The notes: a model not told the origin generated them from the sequence alone. A stretch of 64,000 nucleotides of DNA from Syntrophomonadales bacterium (GCA_050951725.1 JBMNJO010000012.1:355548-419547), one strand, 5' to 3'. Positions 19,413 through 28,373 are shown, counted from the stretch's first letter. Made by a program: numbers and translations.

Positions 19413-20891
19413 TTAGAATGTCAGAGTGCCCCTGGTTTGATTAGCCGGGGGTACTTTTATTTTGAAGTGAAAGAAGTCTATCTCAATTGAATCCTGCAAT
19501 ACATTGATATGTTTTACTACCAGTCTTATTGCAGTTCTCTTTTCTTCGGGCGTTAGATACTCCCACTCCCGAGTTATTGCTACCAACTCAGTCTGTAGCT
19601 GTTGAATATTGATGTCGATTGCCTCACCCTGCGAGTCTATCTGTTCTATTTCTTCAATCCTTGCTTTCAGATTTGCCTCTTTCTGTTGCAGATCAGCGTT
19701 CTTTGATATAAATTGTTCTCGGCTGATAATGCGGTGGTCGTAATAGTCCTGAAACAGTTCCCGTATTGAGCGTTGAACCTTATCTAATTCTTTAGTTAGT
19801 TTGGGGCGACTGGCAGGGATTGCCTTGACCCGTTTTTTATACTCCTCGACCAGTTCCATTCTGGCCCGTTCTAATCCCTCTCTGTTTGCTGCCAGGTTGA
19901 ATACTTCCTCGACCAAGCGTCTTTCTATGCTATCGGCATCTAAGAGGCATGAGGGACAATCTGAGAACGATTTACGCCGCTTGGTTTGGCACACGTAGCG
20001 CCTTAACCGGCGTCTACCGTGGTATTGGATCTGAAATCCGTGTACATCGCAAAAAGAGCAATACAAAAGTCCTGATAAAAGGTGAGTTGTTCCCTGGCTG
20101 CGGTTGGGCAGTTTACTGGTTTTTTGCGCGGCGTCAAAAAGATCCTGGGTAATTATAGCCGGAAAAACGTTTGGGATTGTCTCGCCGGAGTACACCAATT
20201 CTCCTAAATAGACGCGATTTTTAAGCATATACTTTATTGATCCCTCAGACCAATAGTCCCCCCACTTTGAACCACGTCTTGGCTTGTACCCTGACCGGTC
20301 CAGTTCTTTTGCAATCGCGAGAACCCCTTTACCCTGAGCTCTCCACTTAAAAGATAGGCGGATTGCCTCAGCCTCCGGCTCGTAGACCACAAACTGCTTA
20401 TCATCCTTTCGATACCCATAGGGTACATGCCCGCCGTTCCAACGGCCTCTTTTGGCGTTTGCCAGTTTGTTATCCTTAATTCTTTCTCCTATCATTTCAC
20501 TCTCAAACTGCGCGAAATCAGCGAGGATATTTCGGAGTAACCGGCCTACTGGTGTTGAGGTGTCTATATTCTGTGATATCGAGATCAAGCGGCATCCATT
20601 AGACTCGAGAATTTCGGCATAGTGGTGGAAATCCTTTACATTGCGACAGAAACGATCCAGCTTGTACACCAGACAGGCAGTATATTTTCCTTCGGTTATA
20701 TCAGAGATCATTGCCTGAAAGGCTGGGCGCTTATCGCTCCTTCCGGATATGTCCAGATCCTGATATACGTGCACGAGATCCAGTCCGAGCAATTTAGCCT
20801 GCAATTCGGCTTTTTCCTTTTGTTGTTCAGGGGACACCCCATCTTCTTTTTCACGTGATACCCTTATATAAGCACAAGCGATTGGTGTCAT
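19413..20891 (-). CDS. large serine recombinase (integrase)
   Basis: N-terminal resolvase catalytic domain (AYIRVSREKEDGVSPEQQ), recombinase domain, Cys-rich zinc ribbon (CSFCDV...CQTKRR...C) and C-terminal coiled coil. AGGAGG lies 8 nt upstream of ATG 20891. Confidence 0.9.
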   Translation of the reverse strand: MTPIACAYIRVSREKEDGVSPEQQKEKAELQAKLLGLDLVHVYQDLDISGRSDKRPAFQAMISDITEGKYTACLVYKLDRFCRNVKDFHHYAEILESNGCRLISISQNIDTSTPVGRLLRNILADFAQFESEMIGERIKDNKLANAKRGRWNGGHVPYGYRKDDKQFVVYEPEAEAIRLSFKWRAQGKGVLAIAKELDRSGYKPRRGSKWGDYWSEGSIKYMLKNRVYLGELVYSGETIPNVFPAIITQDLFDAAQKTSKLPNRSQGTTHLLSGLLYCSFCDVHGFQIQYHGRRRLRRYVCQTKRRKSFSDCPSCLLDADSIERRLVEEVFNLAANREGLERARMELVEEYKKRVKAIPASRPKLTKELDKVQRSIRELFQDYYDHRIISREQFISKNADLQQKEANLKARIEEIEQIDSQGEAIDINIQQLQTELVAITREWEYLTPEEKRTAIRLVVKHINVLQDSIEIDFFHFKIKVPPANQTRGTLTF

Positions 20892-20970
20892 GGTTTGCAC
20901 CTCCTGCATAAAATTCAGCCCGGCGGATAGCCGGGCTTATGAATTCTATGAAAAATGAATCTCCATAAAT

Positions 20971-21183
20971 CTAGTTTGATGCGGATACGTAAACCGATTG
21001 AGATGTTGGCTCCGGAATGGGAAGACCATCTTCCCGTAATCCCTCAACGTGCATAACAAGGGCCTTTTTTAATCTATTAAGAACGTCTTCTTTGGTGTCT
21101 CCTGTGGCAATACACCCCGGGATGTCAGGTAAATAAGCGGAATAGTTTTTGTCCGTCTTCTCAATGATAACCAGGTATTCCAT
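20971..21183 (-). CDS. hicB: HicB family antitoxin
   Basis: MEYLVIIEKTDKNYSAYLPDIPGCIATGDTKEDV is the HicB/UPF0150 pattern. It lies immediately downstream of hicA. Confidence 0.8.
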   Translation of the reverse strand: MEYLVIIEKTDKNYSAYLPDIPGCIATGDTKEDVLNRLKKALVMHVEGLREDGLPIPEPTSQSVYVSASN

Positions 21184-21188
21184 GAACG

Positions 21189-21386
21189 TTACCTCCTTTT
21201 TAAATCGGCCTGTTTCAGTATGCTGTTTAGCGTACCAGGCGCGATATCGTCGCTCATCTTACCGGCAATCGTAACCCGCCCACTCTTGGTAGGGTGTTTA
21301 AATTGCCGATGGCTGCCAACCTGTTTAACCAAATACCACCCATCATCACTGATCATCTTAATAACTTCTCTCACTTTTAAAGGCAT
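21189..21386 (-). CDS. hicA: HicA family mRNA interferase toxin
   Basis: 65 aa. DGWYLVKQVGSHRQFKHPTKSGRVTIAGK...PGTLNSILKQA is the HicA pattern. Confidence 0.85.
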   Translation of the reverse strand: MPLKVREVIKMISDDGWYLVKQVGSHRQFKHPTKSGRVTIAGKMSDDIAPGTLNSILKQADLKRR

Positions 21387-21410
21387 TGTGCCTCCTAAGG
21401 TTTATGTTTG

Positions 21411-22172
21411 TTACACCGCTTCCCGATCAAGGTATGACCTACCGTTCTTTTTAAAGTCCTCTAAGTCAAAAAAGTGCTTATCGACGGCGCTAGTTATCCG
21501 CTGTTTATCTTTCTTTGGTAAAGCCTCCATGTCCTCATGGACCGCCATGCTTCTAAATGGTATATTCGACTTTTGAAACTCAAGGCATGAAATCGTGGCT
21601 ATTCTTGCTTTGGCTTCATCACGTATCCCAAAAAGGTAAATTGGTTTTTGCGCAAAATTAAACGAATAGTCAACCTCCAGGTCATCACGTGTGGGAATAG
21701 GGTACACTTTAGCCTTCGGCTGATAAAGAGTAAGGTTGACTTCGATAAACTCAGCCAACTGCTCATAGAAAAGGCTACGAATGACTTCTCGCTTAAAATA
21801 CTGCATACTGGATACTTTTCCGACTGTCTGTGAAAACTGAAAGATATATGGGTACAGCATATCGGGTGCAACGTCAACAAAAATGTTCCCGTCTTCTCTT
21901 TGCAACCCATTTTCACTGATGATGTTATCCAGAATTCTTTCCTTGTTTGGGGTATCGATATCATAAGTGTAGGATAAATGCATTAACGTTAGCCCATAAT
22001 CGCAGATGCGAATCTTACCTGGTGACGAAGGTGATTCCGTTATGAATATATCAATCATATCCCCATCTTCATGAAAAAATGGCGCGATAAGCTGTTTAAC
22101 GCCCTTGCGTTTTTCACGGAATTCAACCTTGTCATTAAACTGTTTTTTTAATTTTTGCAGGTAAATCTCCAC
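21411..22172 (-). CDS. hypothetical protein (possibly DUF1828/DUF1829-like; not verifiable here)
   Basis: 253-aa ORF in an operon-like arrangement with 22185-22670. The family guess is from memory only. Confidence 0.5.
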   Translation of the reverse strand: MEIYLQKLKKQFNDKVEFREKRKGVKQLIAPFFHEDGDMIDIFITESPSSPGKIRICDYGLTLMHLSYTYDIDTPNKERILDNIISENGLQREDGNIFVDVAPDMLYPYIFQFSQTVGKVSSMQYFKREVIRSLFYEQLAEFIEVNLTLYQPKAKVYPIPTRDDLEVDYSFNFAQKPIYLFGIRDEAKARIATISCLEFQKSNIPFRSMAVHEDMEALPKKDKQRITSAVDKHFFDLEDFKKNGRSYLDREAV

Positions 22173-22184
22173 GATTATCCTTCC

Positions 22185-22670
22185 TTAAAATAGGCTTCCT
22201 TGCCTCAGCCTAGTGAAATACTCATGATTACCACTAATATTACAGTACCTCAAAAAGTACAAAAGCGCATCATTATAATTAGAGTATTCCGTGGTTAATT
22301 CGGCGTAAACCTCAGCACGCTTCCCCTTATCCAGACTTTCCTGGTTGGCTTTATGAATATGATACCCATAATGATGGGAGTCAAAATTATCCAAGCCATC
22401 AATGTGTTCGTGAGGCCCATTAAAACGGACTAATATAAATGACCCGGGAGTAGACGTTGGGTGGTATCTTAATCCGATTGAAAAGTTTTCTGTGAAAAAA
22501 TCATGCCTGCGCATAAAAACCGAAAAGAAGTGCTGACCATCGACCGATTGTAATTCCATATTATTGCGATAATGTCCTCTGTCGTAACTATCTGTATGCT
22601 TAGGCGGTACAGATATTTCCTTTGGACAGTGTATCAAATACTCCAGTTCGGCCTCAGTATAACTTATCAT
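22185..22670 (-). CDS. His-rich hypothetical protein
   Basis: 161 aa from the internal ATG. It contains the FNGPHEHIDGLDNFDSHHYGYHIHKA cluster and no known family. Confidence 0.45.
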   Translation of the reverse strand: MISYTEAELEYLIHCPKEISVPPKHTDSYDRGHYRNNMELQSVDGQHFFSVFMRRHDFFTENFSIGLRYHPTSTPGSFILVRFNGPHEHIDGLDNFDSHHYGYHIHKANQESLDKGKRAEVYAELTTEYSNYNDALLYFLRYCNISGNHEYFTRLRQGSLF

Positions 22671-22823
22671 TTGCAGCCCCCCCAACCTGTAATAACCATT
22701 CTGAGCCTGTAAGCACAGGGCATCAACTGTTCTGCTTTAAAAGAAAAATTGATGCCCTACGTAGTGGTTAATGGATTGTTAACGCGTGAAAGATAGGTTG
22801 ACGCCCTGCGGGACAATCTGACC

Positions 22824-23027
22824 TCATATTCTCTTTTGTCTGCTGAAATCATCCAGACTCACCCAGTCACCGCGTTCTATTTCTTCCTGGCCGGCTTCAA
22901 TGTCGGCAATATCCTGCGGCGATAATTCTTCATTTTCAATATCCCTTGCTATTTCAAGCAGGATTTCAAGCTTTTCGGCGGGTAACCGCTTAATTATCTC
23001 TTCAATCTTTTGAATTGCAGTAGCCAT
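22824..23027 (-). CDS. small acidic protein, antitoxin/addiction-module-component-like
   Basis: 67 aa. Helical, acidic and short, resembling small antitoxin components. No adjacent recognisable toxin. Confidence 0.35.
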   Translation of the reverse strand: MATAIQKIEEIIKRLPAEKLEILLEIARDIENEELSPQDIADIEAGQEEIERGDWVSLDDFSRQKRI

Positions 23028-23209
23028 GCTGATCAGCCTTTCTGGCCGCTTTTTAATAATCTATGGTAATCTGGGTAAAATGATTTGCCCGTATATCATA
23101 TGCGCTCGCTTTTTTGTTACTATCGACGATTTCTCTCTATCTTGTGATAGGTCTTTCCTTGCCACATCGGCTAACTCCATTTGAGGTGCCCCCCCTGCTC
23201 CCCCCCTTC

Positions 23210-23887
23210 TTATATGTAGTCGAAGTTAACTTGAACAACTATCCCGATAATCCTTAGCTCCTCCTGCCTAAAAACCTGCAGCGGATAATTCTGATTACCG
23301 GGAGAAAGGATAATGTCACCATTGTTGGTGCGGTTTGCCTTGCGAATAATGAAGGAACCGTCAGTTATTCTAACTAATACCGTCTGACCATCAACAAAAG
23401 TCTGTTGTTCACGAATAATAGCACGATCCCCTTTGTTAATGCGACTGCCAGACATGCTTTCATCGTCGATTTTGATAGCGAATTGCGCCAAAGTATCCGC
23501 AGGGACAGGCTCCCAACCAATGATGTTATCCGGGGCAAATAGTTCTTTCCTATTTTTTGGCTTTAGGCTGTAAATAGGAATTTTTCTTACTTCCCCCAGG
23601 GGGAGATTTTTACTTCCTTCCGGATCATCATGACCTGGCTCTCTTAACTTTTCAGTGCCTTGTGACACGGAAATTAGATATGGCGTGGGGTCGTCTGTAC
23701 GACCAAGGAGGTAGTCTAACGGTACATTGAAGTAATCTGCAATTTGTTTCAGCTTTTCATGATCGGGTTGACGTCTCCCCTGCTCATACATCCCTATTGT
23801 GCTTGGAGATACCGACAATATCTTAGCCAGTTCTTCTTGATTCAAATTTGCTTGCTCTCGTAATTTTCTCAACTTTTTAGCAAACAT
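23210..23887 (-). CDS. CI/LexA-like phage repressor (XRE HTH + S24 peptidase)
   Basis: N-terminal HTH (LNQEELAKILSVSPSTIGMYEQGRRQP) and a C-terminal S24 domain with MSGSRINKGD and a later K (IIRKA). Confidence 0.85.
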   Translation of the reverse strand: MFAKKLRKLREQANLNQEELAKILSVSPSTIGMYEQGRRQPDHEKLKQIADYFNVPLDYLLGRTDDPTPYLISVSQGTEKLREPGHDDPEGSKNLPLGEVRKIPIYSLKPKNRKELFAPDNIIGWEPVPADTLAQFAIKIDDESMSGSRINKGDRAIIREQQTFVDGQTVLVRITDGSFIIRKANRTNNGDIILSPGNQNYPLQVFRQEELRIIGIVVQVNFDYI

Positions 23888-23917
23888 TGTGATACGCCCC
23901 CAGTAAATTTAGGTTAG

Positions 23918-24033
23918 CACACAAGATGTGTAGAGGGAATTTATTACACGAAATGTGCAAAAAAAATAAAATCAAGGTTGACCCCCACACAAAGCGTGTG
24001 TTAATATGAGTTTACCCACAACACGTATCGTGT
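23918..24033. promoter_or_regulatory. divergent lysogeny-switch region with ACAC-N-GTGT operators
   Basis: Inverted repeats CACACAAGATGTGT (23918-23931), CACGAAATGTG (23947-23957), CACACAAAGCGTGTG (23986-24000) and CACAACACGTATCGTGT (24017-24033). TTGACC at 23978 and TAATAT at 24002 flank the third operator. Confidence 0.5.
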
Positions 24034-24052
24034 AATAAGGGGGGGTGATAAC

Positions 24053-24304
24053 GTGAAAAACGAGGCGTTAATCAATTTCAGAGAGTCTAATAATCTGACT
24101 CAACAGCAAATGGCCGATAAAATAGGTGTTTCACTTTCTCTTTATCAAAAGGTTGAAAAGGGAGAAAGAAACAGCAGTTTCAATTTTATTTGTCGTTTCA
24201 AGCATATTTATCCAAACGCCGATATTGAATCCATTTTTTTTGCCCAAAAACCACACGGTACGTGTAGTGGGTGTGGGATTCAGAACACCGGCACCGAGGG
24301 ATAG
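24053..24304 (+). CDS. Cro-like XRE-family HTH regulator
   Basis: 83 aa. NNLTQQQMADKIGVSLSLYQKVEKGER is an XRE HTH. It is divergent from the repressor, with GTG after AAGGGGGGGTGA. Confidence 0.75.
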   Translation: MKNEALINFRESNNLTQQQMADKIGVSLSLYQKVEKGERNSSFNFICRFKHIYPNADIESIFFAQKPHGTCSGCGIQNTGTEG

Positions 24305-24389
24305 TACCCCACCAGGGGATTCCAGGGTATAGGGTTCAGGTTCAAGACTCCCAGATCTTTGGCAACTGAATATTACCCGGCAAATTCAA

Positions 24390-24680
24390 ATGAAAGGAGG
24401 TATTTATATCAACGAACTTTTGATTAGTACAGGCGATGTTGTGATTAACCTGACCGCCGTCATCCAAGGAATCATGGGGGTTATATGCTTTTTCCTGGCT
24501 ATATCTTGCTTAGACAAATTGATTAGGCTATTCGATGTTTTTGTTCACCACAACGGCACGGGTCTTTGGACTGATAATTGGAACTCCTTCATGGACAAAT
24601 ACCGCTATTACCGGTTCGGTAGCTTTAGGTATCGCAAGCACAGCCGTTATTGGAAAGTGCGTAATTATTTTGGAATCTAA
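24390..24680 (+). CDS. hypothetical small membrane protein
   Basis: 96-aa ORF with one TM helix. The start is uncertain. Confidence 0.3.
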   Translation: MKGGIYINELLISTGDVVINLTAVIQGIMGVICFFLAISCLDKLIRLFDVFVHHNGTGLWTDNWNSFMDKYRYYRFGSFRYRKHSRYWKVRNYFGI

Positions 24681-24732
24681 GTGTTATCTCTTTTTTGTTC
24701 ACAGTAATCCCTCTACCTGGGATTTTTGAACA

Positions 24733-25269
24733 TTACTTCCGCAGCCACTCAATGTACTTGCTATACCATGTTTTCCTTGATTCCTTGATACCTTCCACCT
24801 TGGCGAGTTCATCAACCAGTCGTTGCCGGTCCCATAGCTCAATATCAGGATAATACGATGCTTCTTCCTTCATTTCTTTGGTGAAATACTGGTTGGTGAC
24901 AACTATCCCTTTAGGGGTTTCATAGTATCGCATAGCACGAAGGATATCACCTAAGGCTGCGACACCAATGTTCTGCTTTCCTCTTTTTTTGGCCTGAACA
25001 CATATTCGTTCACCGGATTTGGCCTTAAGGATTAAATCGGCTCCTTGGTCTTTGGTGCCCGATTTTAGGTGAACCTGATAACCCATTTTCCCAAATTTTA
25101 TGCCCAGCCATTTTTCGAACTCGCGGCCTTTCATAGTATCTGTGGCGTCTACGCCGGTTATCCGGGCCTTATGTCTAAATATTGCTTCTTTGACTTCGCT
25201 TTTACGTTTAGTTTTTTTAGTTCTTCGGTTTGTAATTCTCGAAAAGATTTCATTTAGAGCACGATCCAT
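24733..25269 (-). CDS. Mrr-like restriction endonuclease domain protein
   Basis: GREFEKWLGIKFGKMGY...DQGADLIL...VQAKK...GIVVTNQYFT follows the Mrr catalytic (PD-(D/E)xK) pattern. It is antisense to the surrounding early genes. Confidence 0.75.
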   Translation of the reverse strand: MDRALNEIFSRITNRRTKKTKRKSEVKEAIFRHKARITGVDATDTMKGREFEKWLGIKFGKMGYQVHLKSGTKDQGADLILKAKSGERICVQAKKRGKQNIGVAALGDILRAMRYYETPKGIVVTNQYFTKEMKEEASYYPDIELWDRQRLVDELAKVEGIKESRKTWYSKYIEWLRK

Positions 25270-25555
25270 GATTATGTGGGCATTTGATGGCCTAATTCAA
25301 GGTATATCAGCCGTTCAGTCAGCCATTGCCGATCTGGATAATTGCGGGATGGGTGTGATTGATATAAAAATCGATAATAACTTTCATGAAGTCGTAGTTC
25401 ATGTTTTTAATGCTGATCGGTTTATAAAACTGTTCCCCAACCATAAGACCACCCCCATGAAACCTAATGAATATGGTCATTCACATCTATTAACGGCAGA
25501 AATGAATGGTATAAAAATAATCGCGCTACGCTCTGTCGAGAAAGAGGTGGTCTAG
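25268..25555 (+). CDS. hypothetical protein
   Basis: 95 aa from ATG 25268, in frame with track ORF 25100-25555. Confidence 0.4.
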   Translation: MIMWAFDGLIQGISAVQSAIADLDNCGMGVIDIKIDNNFHEVVVHVFNADRFIKLFPNHKTTPMKPNEYGHSHLLTAEMNGIKIIALRSVEKEVV

Positions 25556-25853
25556 ATGGCGCGTGGAGATTGCGAAACCTGTATTCACCACAATGACAAC
25601 GATTATTGCTTTGACTGTGACCACTTTGACCACATTACGTACGACAAATACGAAGAAGCGTCACCTGAGAAGGTGGCCGAGATCGAGGCCGAGAGACAAA
25701 AGCAAATGATAGAAAACGCTATTGATCTATACATTCCAATGGTAATCTCCGATGATTTCCGTAATGCATTCAATACAGCGAAACAATTTGCGGCCAAAGA
25801 GCATTTTAAGCCCCATTTTATTTGTGTTTATGCATCAGCGGATAATCACCTAG

Positions 25854-27367
25854 CAGCTTGTGTGAATAACAAATTGTGAGACATCAAGTTAAGCTTTTTC
25901 AAGCCTTCTAACTGTATGTCACATTAATTGGCCCAAAATGAGGGTCTACTTGGCCCACGACAACCGGTATACCTTCATGAAATTGACCACTGCACATGTA
26001 AATCGCCAATAGTTTCGCACCTTATCTAAGCCCCGGTGGAGAAACTGGCGCAATTTAAGCTGCTCTTTAATAAATCCAAATACTGGTTCTACAGACGTTT
26101 GCCTGAGTCGATAGCGGGCGCGGCCATGTTTAGTCCTAAGTTTTCTGCGCATTAAGTATCTTCGGTTGGCATTTTTAGGAATACGTCCGCGTGGCGGCTT
26201 TGCTTCCCGCCATTCACTGTGTTTAACCTTATCGGGTGGGATGAATGCCTCTATTTTGGCTTCTTCCAGAAATATCAGGTTATCTTCGCTATAGTAACCG
26301 GCATCAGCACTAAGTTCCTTGATCTTTCTTCCTGTGTTTGCTATCGCTTGACTGACTACTGGTGGTAGATGAGTTACATCAGCCGCTTGGTTACTGATGT
26401 CAGAGGCAACGATTACATGGGTTTCAGCGTCTACGGCAATCTGACAATTGTAACCCTGGATGAATGCCTTATCTGAATTGCGCATAATTCGAGATTCCAT
26501 ATCCGTGAAATTTCGCTGGGATTTGTCCTTGGGAACCGACGCCTTGGCTGTTTTGCGCGGCCTGTGCTGTTTGCCCTTTTTCTCAGCCTTCTCTTTTTGG
26601 GCTATTTGTTCTTTCTCAGCTTTTTCACGTGCTTCTGCTTCGAGTTCAGCCATAGCCTTGCGGATGGCTTCCCGCCGCTTTTCGGCAGTGGAGAGTTCTT
26701 CCGGTAACGACCATCCGTTACCTTGGCCATAACGGGCATCTTCCTCCTGATCGATGCGGTCGGCTTCTTTCAGGTAGTCATTGATGTATTTGGTCAAACG
26801 GTCTTCTTCTTTTTTCATTCGAGCATAACTCATGGCGCTGTGTTTGGAGGCGCTTGCCTTGATCTTGGTTCCATCGACAGCAATCTGGTTCAACCTAACC
26901 AGACCAGCTTTATCGGCCAGTACAACACTTTGCACGAATAGGTCTCCTAAAGCTTTGAGGTGTCGCCTCCGGAACTCTGAGATAGTCCAGTGGTCTGGTT
27001 GCTGATTGGCTGAAAGATATCGAAAACCGATGTCATCGTGTAGTGCCTTTTCAATTTTCCTGGAGGAATGTATGCCTTTTGATACCGCGTAAAACAGGAC
27101 TTTCACCATCATAACCGGTGAGTATGGCGGATACCCTTTCGACTCAGTATAGCTTTCATAAATGGCCGAAAGATCGAGGGTCCCCACAACCTCGTCAATG
27201 AATTTGGCCGGATGATCATCGGGTATCCAGTCATGCATAGAAGGTGGAAAAAGCATTATCTGATGTTGGTCGTACTCTCTAAATTTCTTCATATTGGATA
27301 ATTCGCTATTTGAAGGGATATTCCTTCTTGTAAAAGTATTTTTATGCATGGTTATTCACACAAGCTG
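25854..27367 (-). mobile_element. IS element, IS1182/IS5-superfamily-like, flanked by CTAG duplication
   Basis: Perfect inverted match CTAGCAGCTTGTGTGAATAAC at 25850-25870 versus the reverse complement of 27351-27371. The outer CTAG on each side is read as a 4-bp TSD. It carries a single DDE transposase. Confidence 0.8.
25946..27349 (-). CDS. IS1182-family-like DDE transposase
   Basis: 467 aa with a DUF772-type N-terminus (PYSPVMMVKVLFYAVSKGIHSSRKIEKAL...HWTISEFRRRH), a charged coiled-coil linker and a DDE C-terminal domain. Confidence 0.85.
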   Translation of the reverse strand: MHKNTFTRRNIPSNSELSNMKKFREYDQHQIMLFPPSMHDWIPDDHPAKFIDEVVGTLDLSAIYESYTESKGYPPYSPVMMVKVLFYAVSKGIHSSRKIEKALHDDIGFRYLSANQQPDHWTISEFRRRHLKALGDLFVQSVVLADKAGLVRLNQIAVDGTKIKASASKHSAMSYARMKKEEDRLTKYINDYLKEADRIDQEEDARYGQGNGWSLPEELSTAEKRREAIRKAMAELEAEAREKAEKEQIAQKEKAEKKGKQHRPRKTAKASVPKDKSQRNFTDMESRIMRNSDKAFIQGYNCQIAVDAETHVIVASDISNQAADVTHLPPVVSQAIANTGRKIKELSADAGYYSEDNLIFLEEAKIEAFIPPDKVKHSEWREAKPPRGRIPKNANRRYLMRRKLRTKHGRARYRLRQTSVEPVFGFIKEQLKLRQFLHRGLDKVRNYWRFTCAVVNFMKVYRLSWAK

Positions 27368-27791
27368 CTAGTAGCCAGCGATACGAGAGTTTTGATCGAA
27401 TACTCGTGTGAAGTTCCTCTGTCGTTGCATGATAAGTCTATTGTGCGGCTGGAGGATGATTGCGTAGCAGTGCATGATAAGCCGTTCCCGAGTTATAAGT
27501 CACTGTTTGACTTTCTTGGCGTTACTGAGCCACTCTCTGGGATTGAAACCCACATATATAAACTCGCCTACCCAGAATTCCTCGTTGAGGGATTCATCCT
27601 GAATTATCATTTTGTTTACTTCAACAAAACATATCTAGACCTAATACGTTCTACTCTGACGGGTCAAATAACAATCAAATATTCAACTCTTTTCGAGTTC
27701 TCTTCTGTCCTGTTTACCGGTGATAATGCAAGAGTATTGCTTATGCCACTAAGAGTAAAATCTACTGATAGCTGGAAGGAGGTCAAGTCCA

Positions 27792-28373
27792 ATGACATGG
27801 ATTGAGACCTATTCTGGCCAGAAGGTCAGTTTCCCCTTCCCAGAACCTAGAGCAATCAAGATCCAGGATATAGCGCATGGCCTGTCTCATGTTTGCCGGT
27901 TCTCAGGTCAGTGTTCACATTTCTACTCAGTTGCTCAGCATTCAATCAACATGACAATCGAACTAAATAAGCGTGGCTGCGGTCCCCGGTTGCTTTTACT
28001 GGCATTACTCCACGATGCGTCTGAGGCTTATATTGGAGATATGCCGAGTCCCCTTAAACGATTGATACCGGCATATCGTGAAATTGAAAAGACTGTACAG
28101 CAGGCTATTTGGAATGGCCTGCAGATTACCCCTCCCGCTCAATGGGAAAAAGCAGTCATAAAACGTGCTGATGAATTGCTTCTTGGCTATGAGGCTGAAG
28201 CACTTATGAGGTGTAGCGATTCATGGAACCAGAGATACATCAAGGGAAAAACTCTGTTATCCCCCAAGTACTTTGATTACACCCAACCGGAAATAATTGA
28301 ATCGCAATTCCTTGCCGCCTTCAACAGTTTAACCTCTCCCCATATAAAGAAGGGCGGTGTTTCTTCATGTTAG
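27792..28373 (+). CDS. HD-domain phosphohydrolase (YfbR-like 5'-deoxynucleotidase type)
   Basis: Motifs SVAQHS and ALLHDASEAYIGDMPSP. Confidence 0.7.
   Translation: MTWIETYSGQKVSFPFPEPRAIKIQDIAHGLSHVCRFSGQCSHFYSVAQHSINMTIELNKRGCGPRLLLLALLHDASEAYIGDMPSPLKRLIPAYREIEKTVQQAIWNGLQITPPAQWEKAVIKRADELLLGYEAEALMRCSDSWNQRYIKGKTLLSPKYFDYTQPEIIESQFLAAFNSLTSPHIKKGGVSSC

Larger units (their letters stand above)
25556..27805 (+). pseudogene. phage gene split by IS insertion; product possibly sliding-clamp-like
   Basis: Removing 25854-27371 joins 25556-25853 to 27372-27805 in frame (..ADNHLVASDTRVL..), giving 243 aa. LVASDTRVL and the C-terminal LLMPLRV resemble DnaN-type motifs. Confidence 0.45.
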
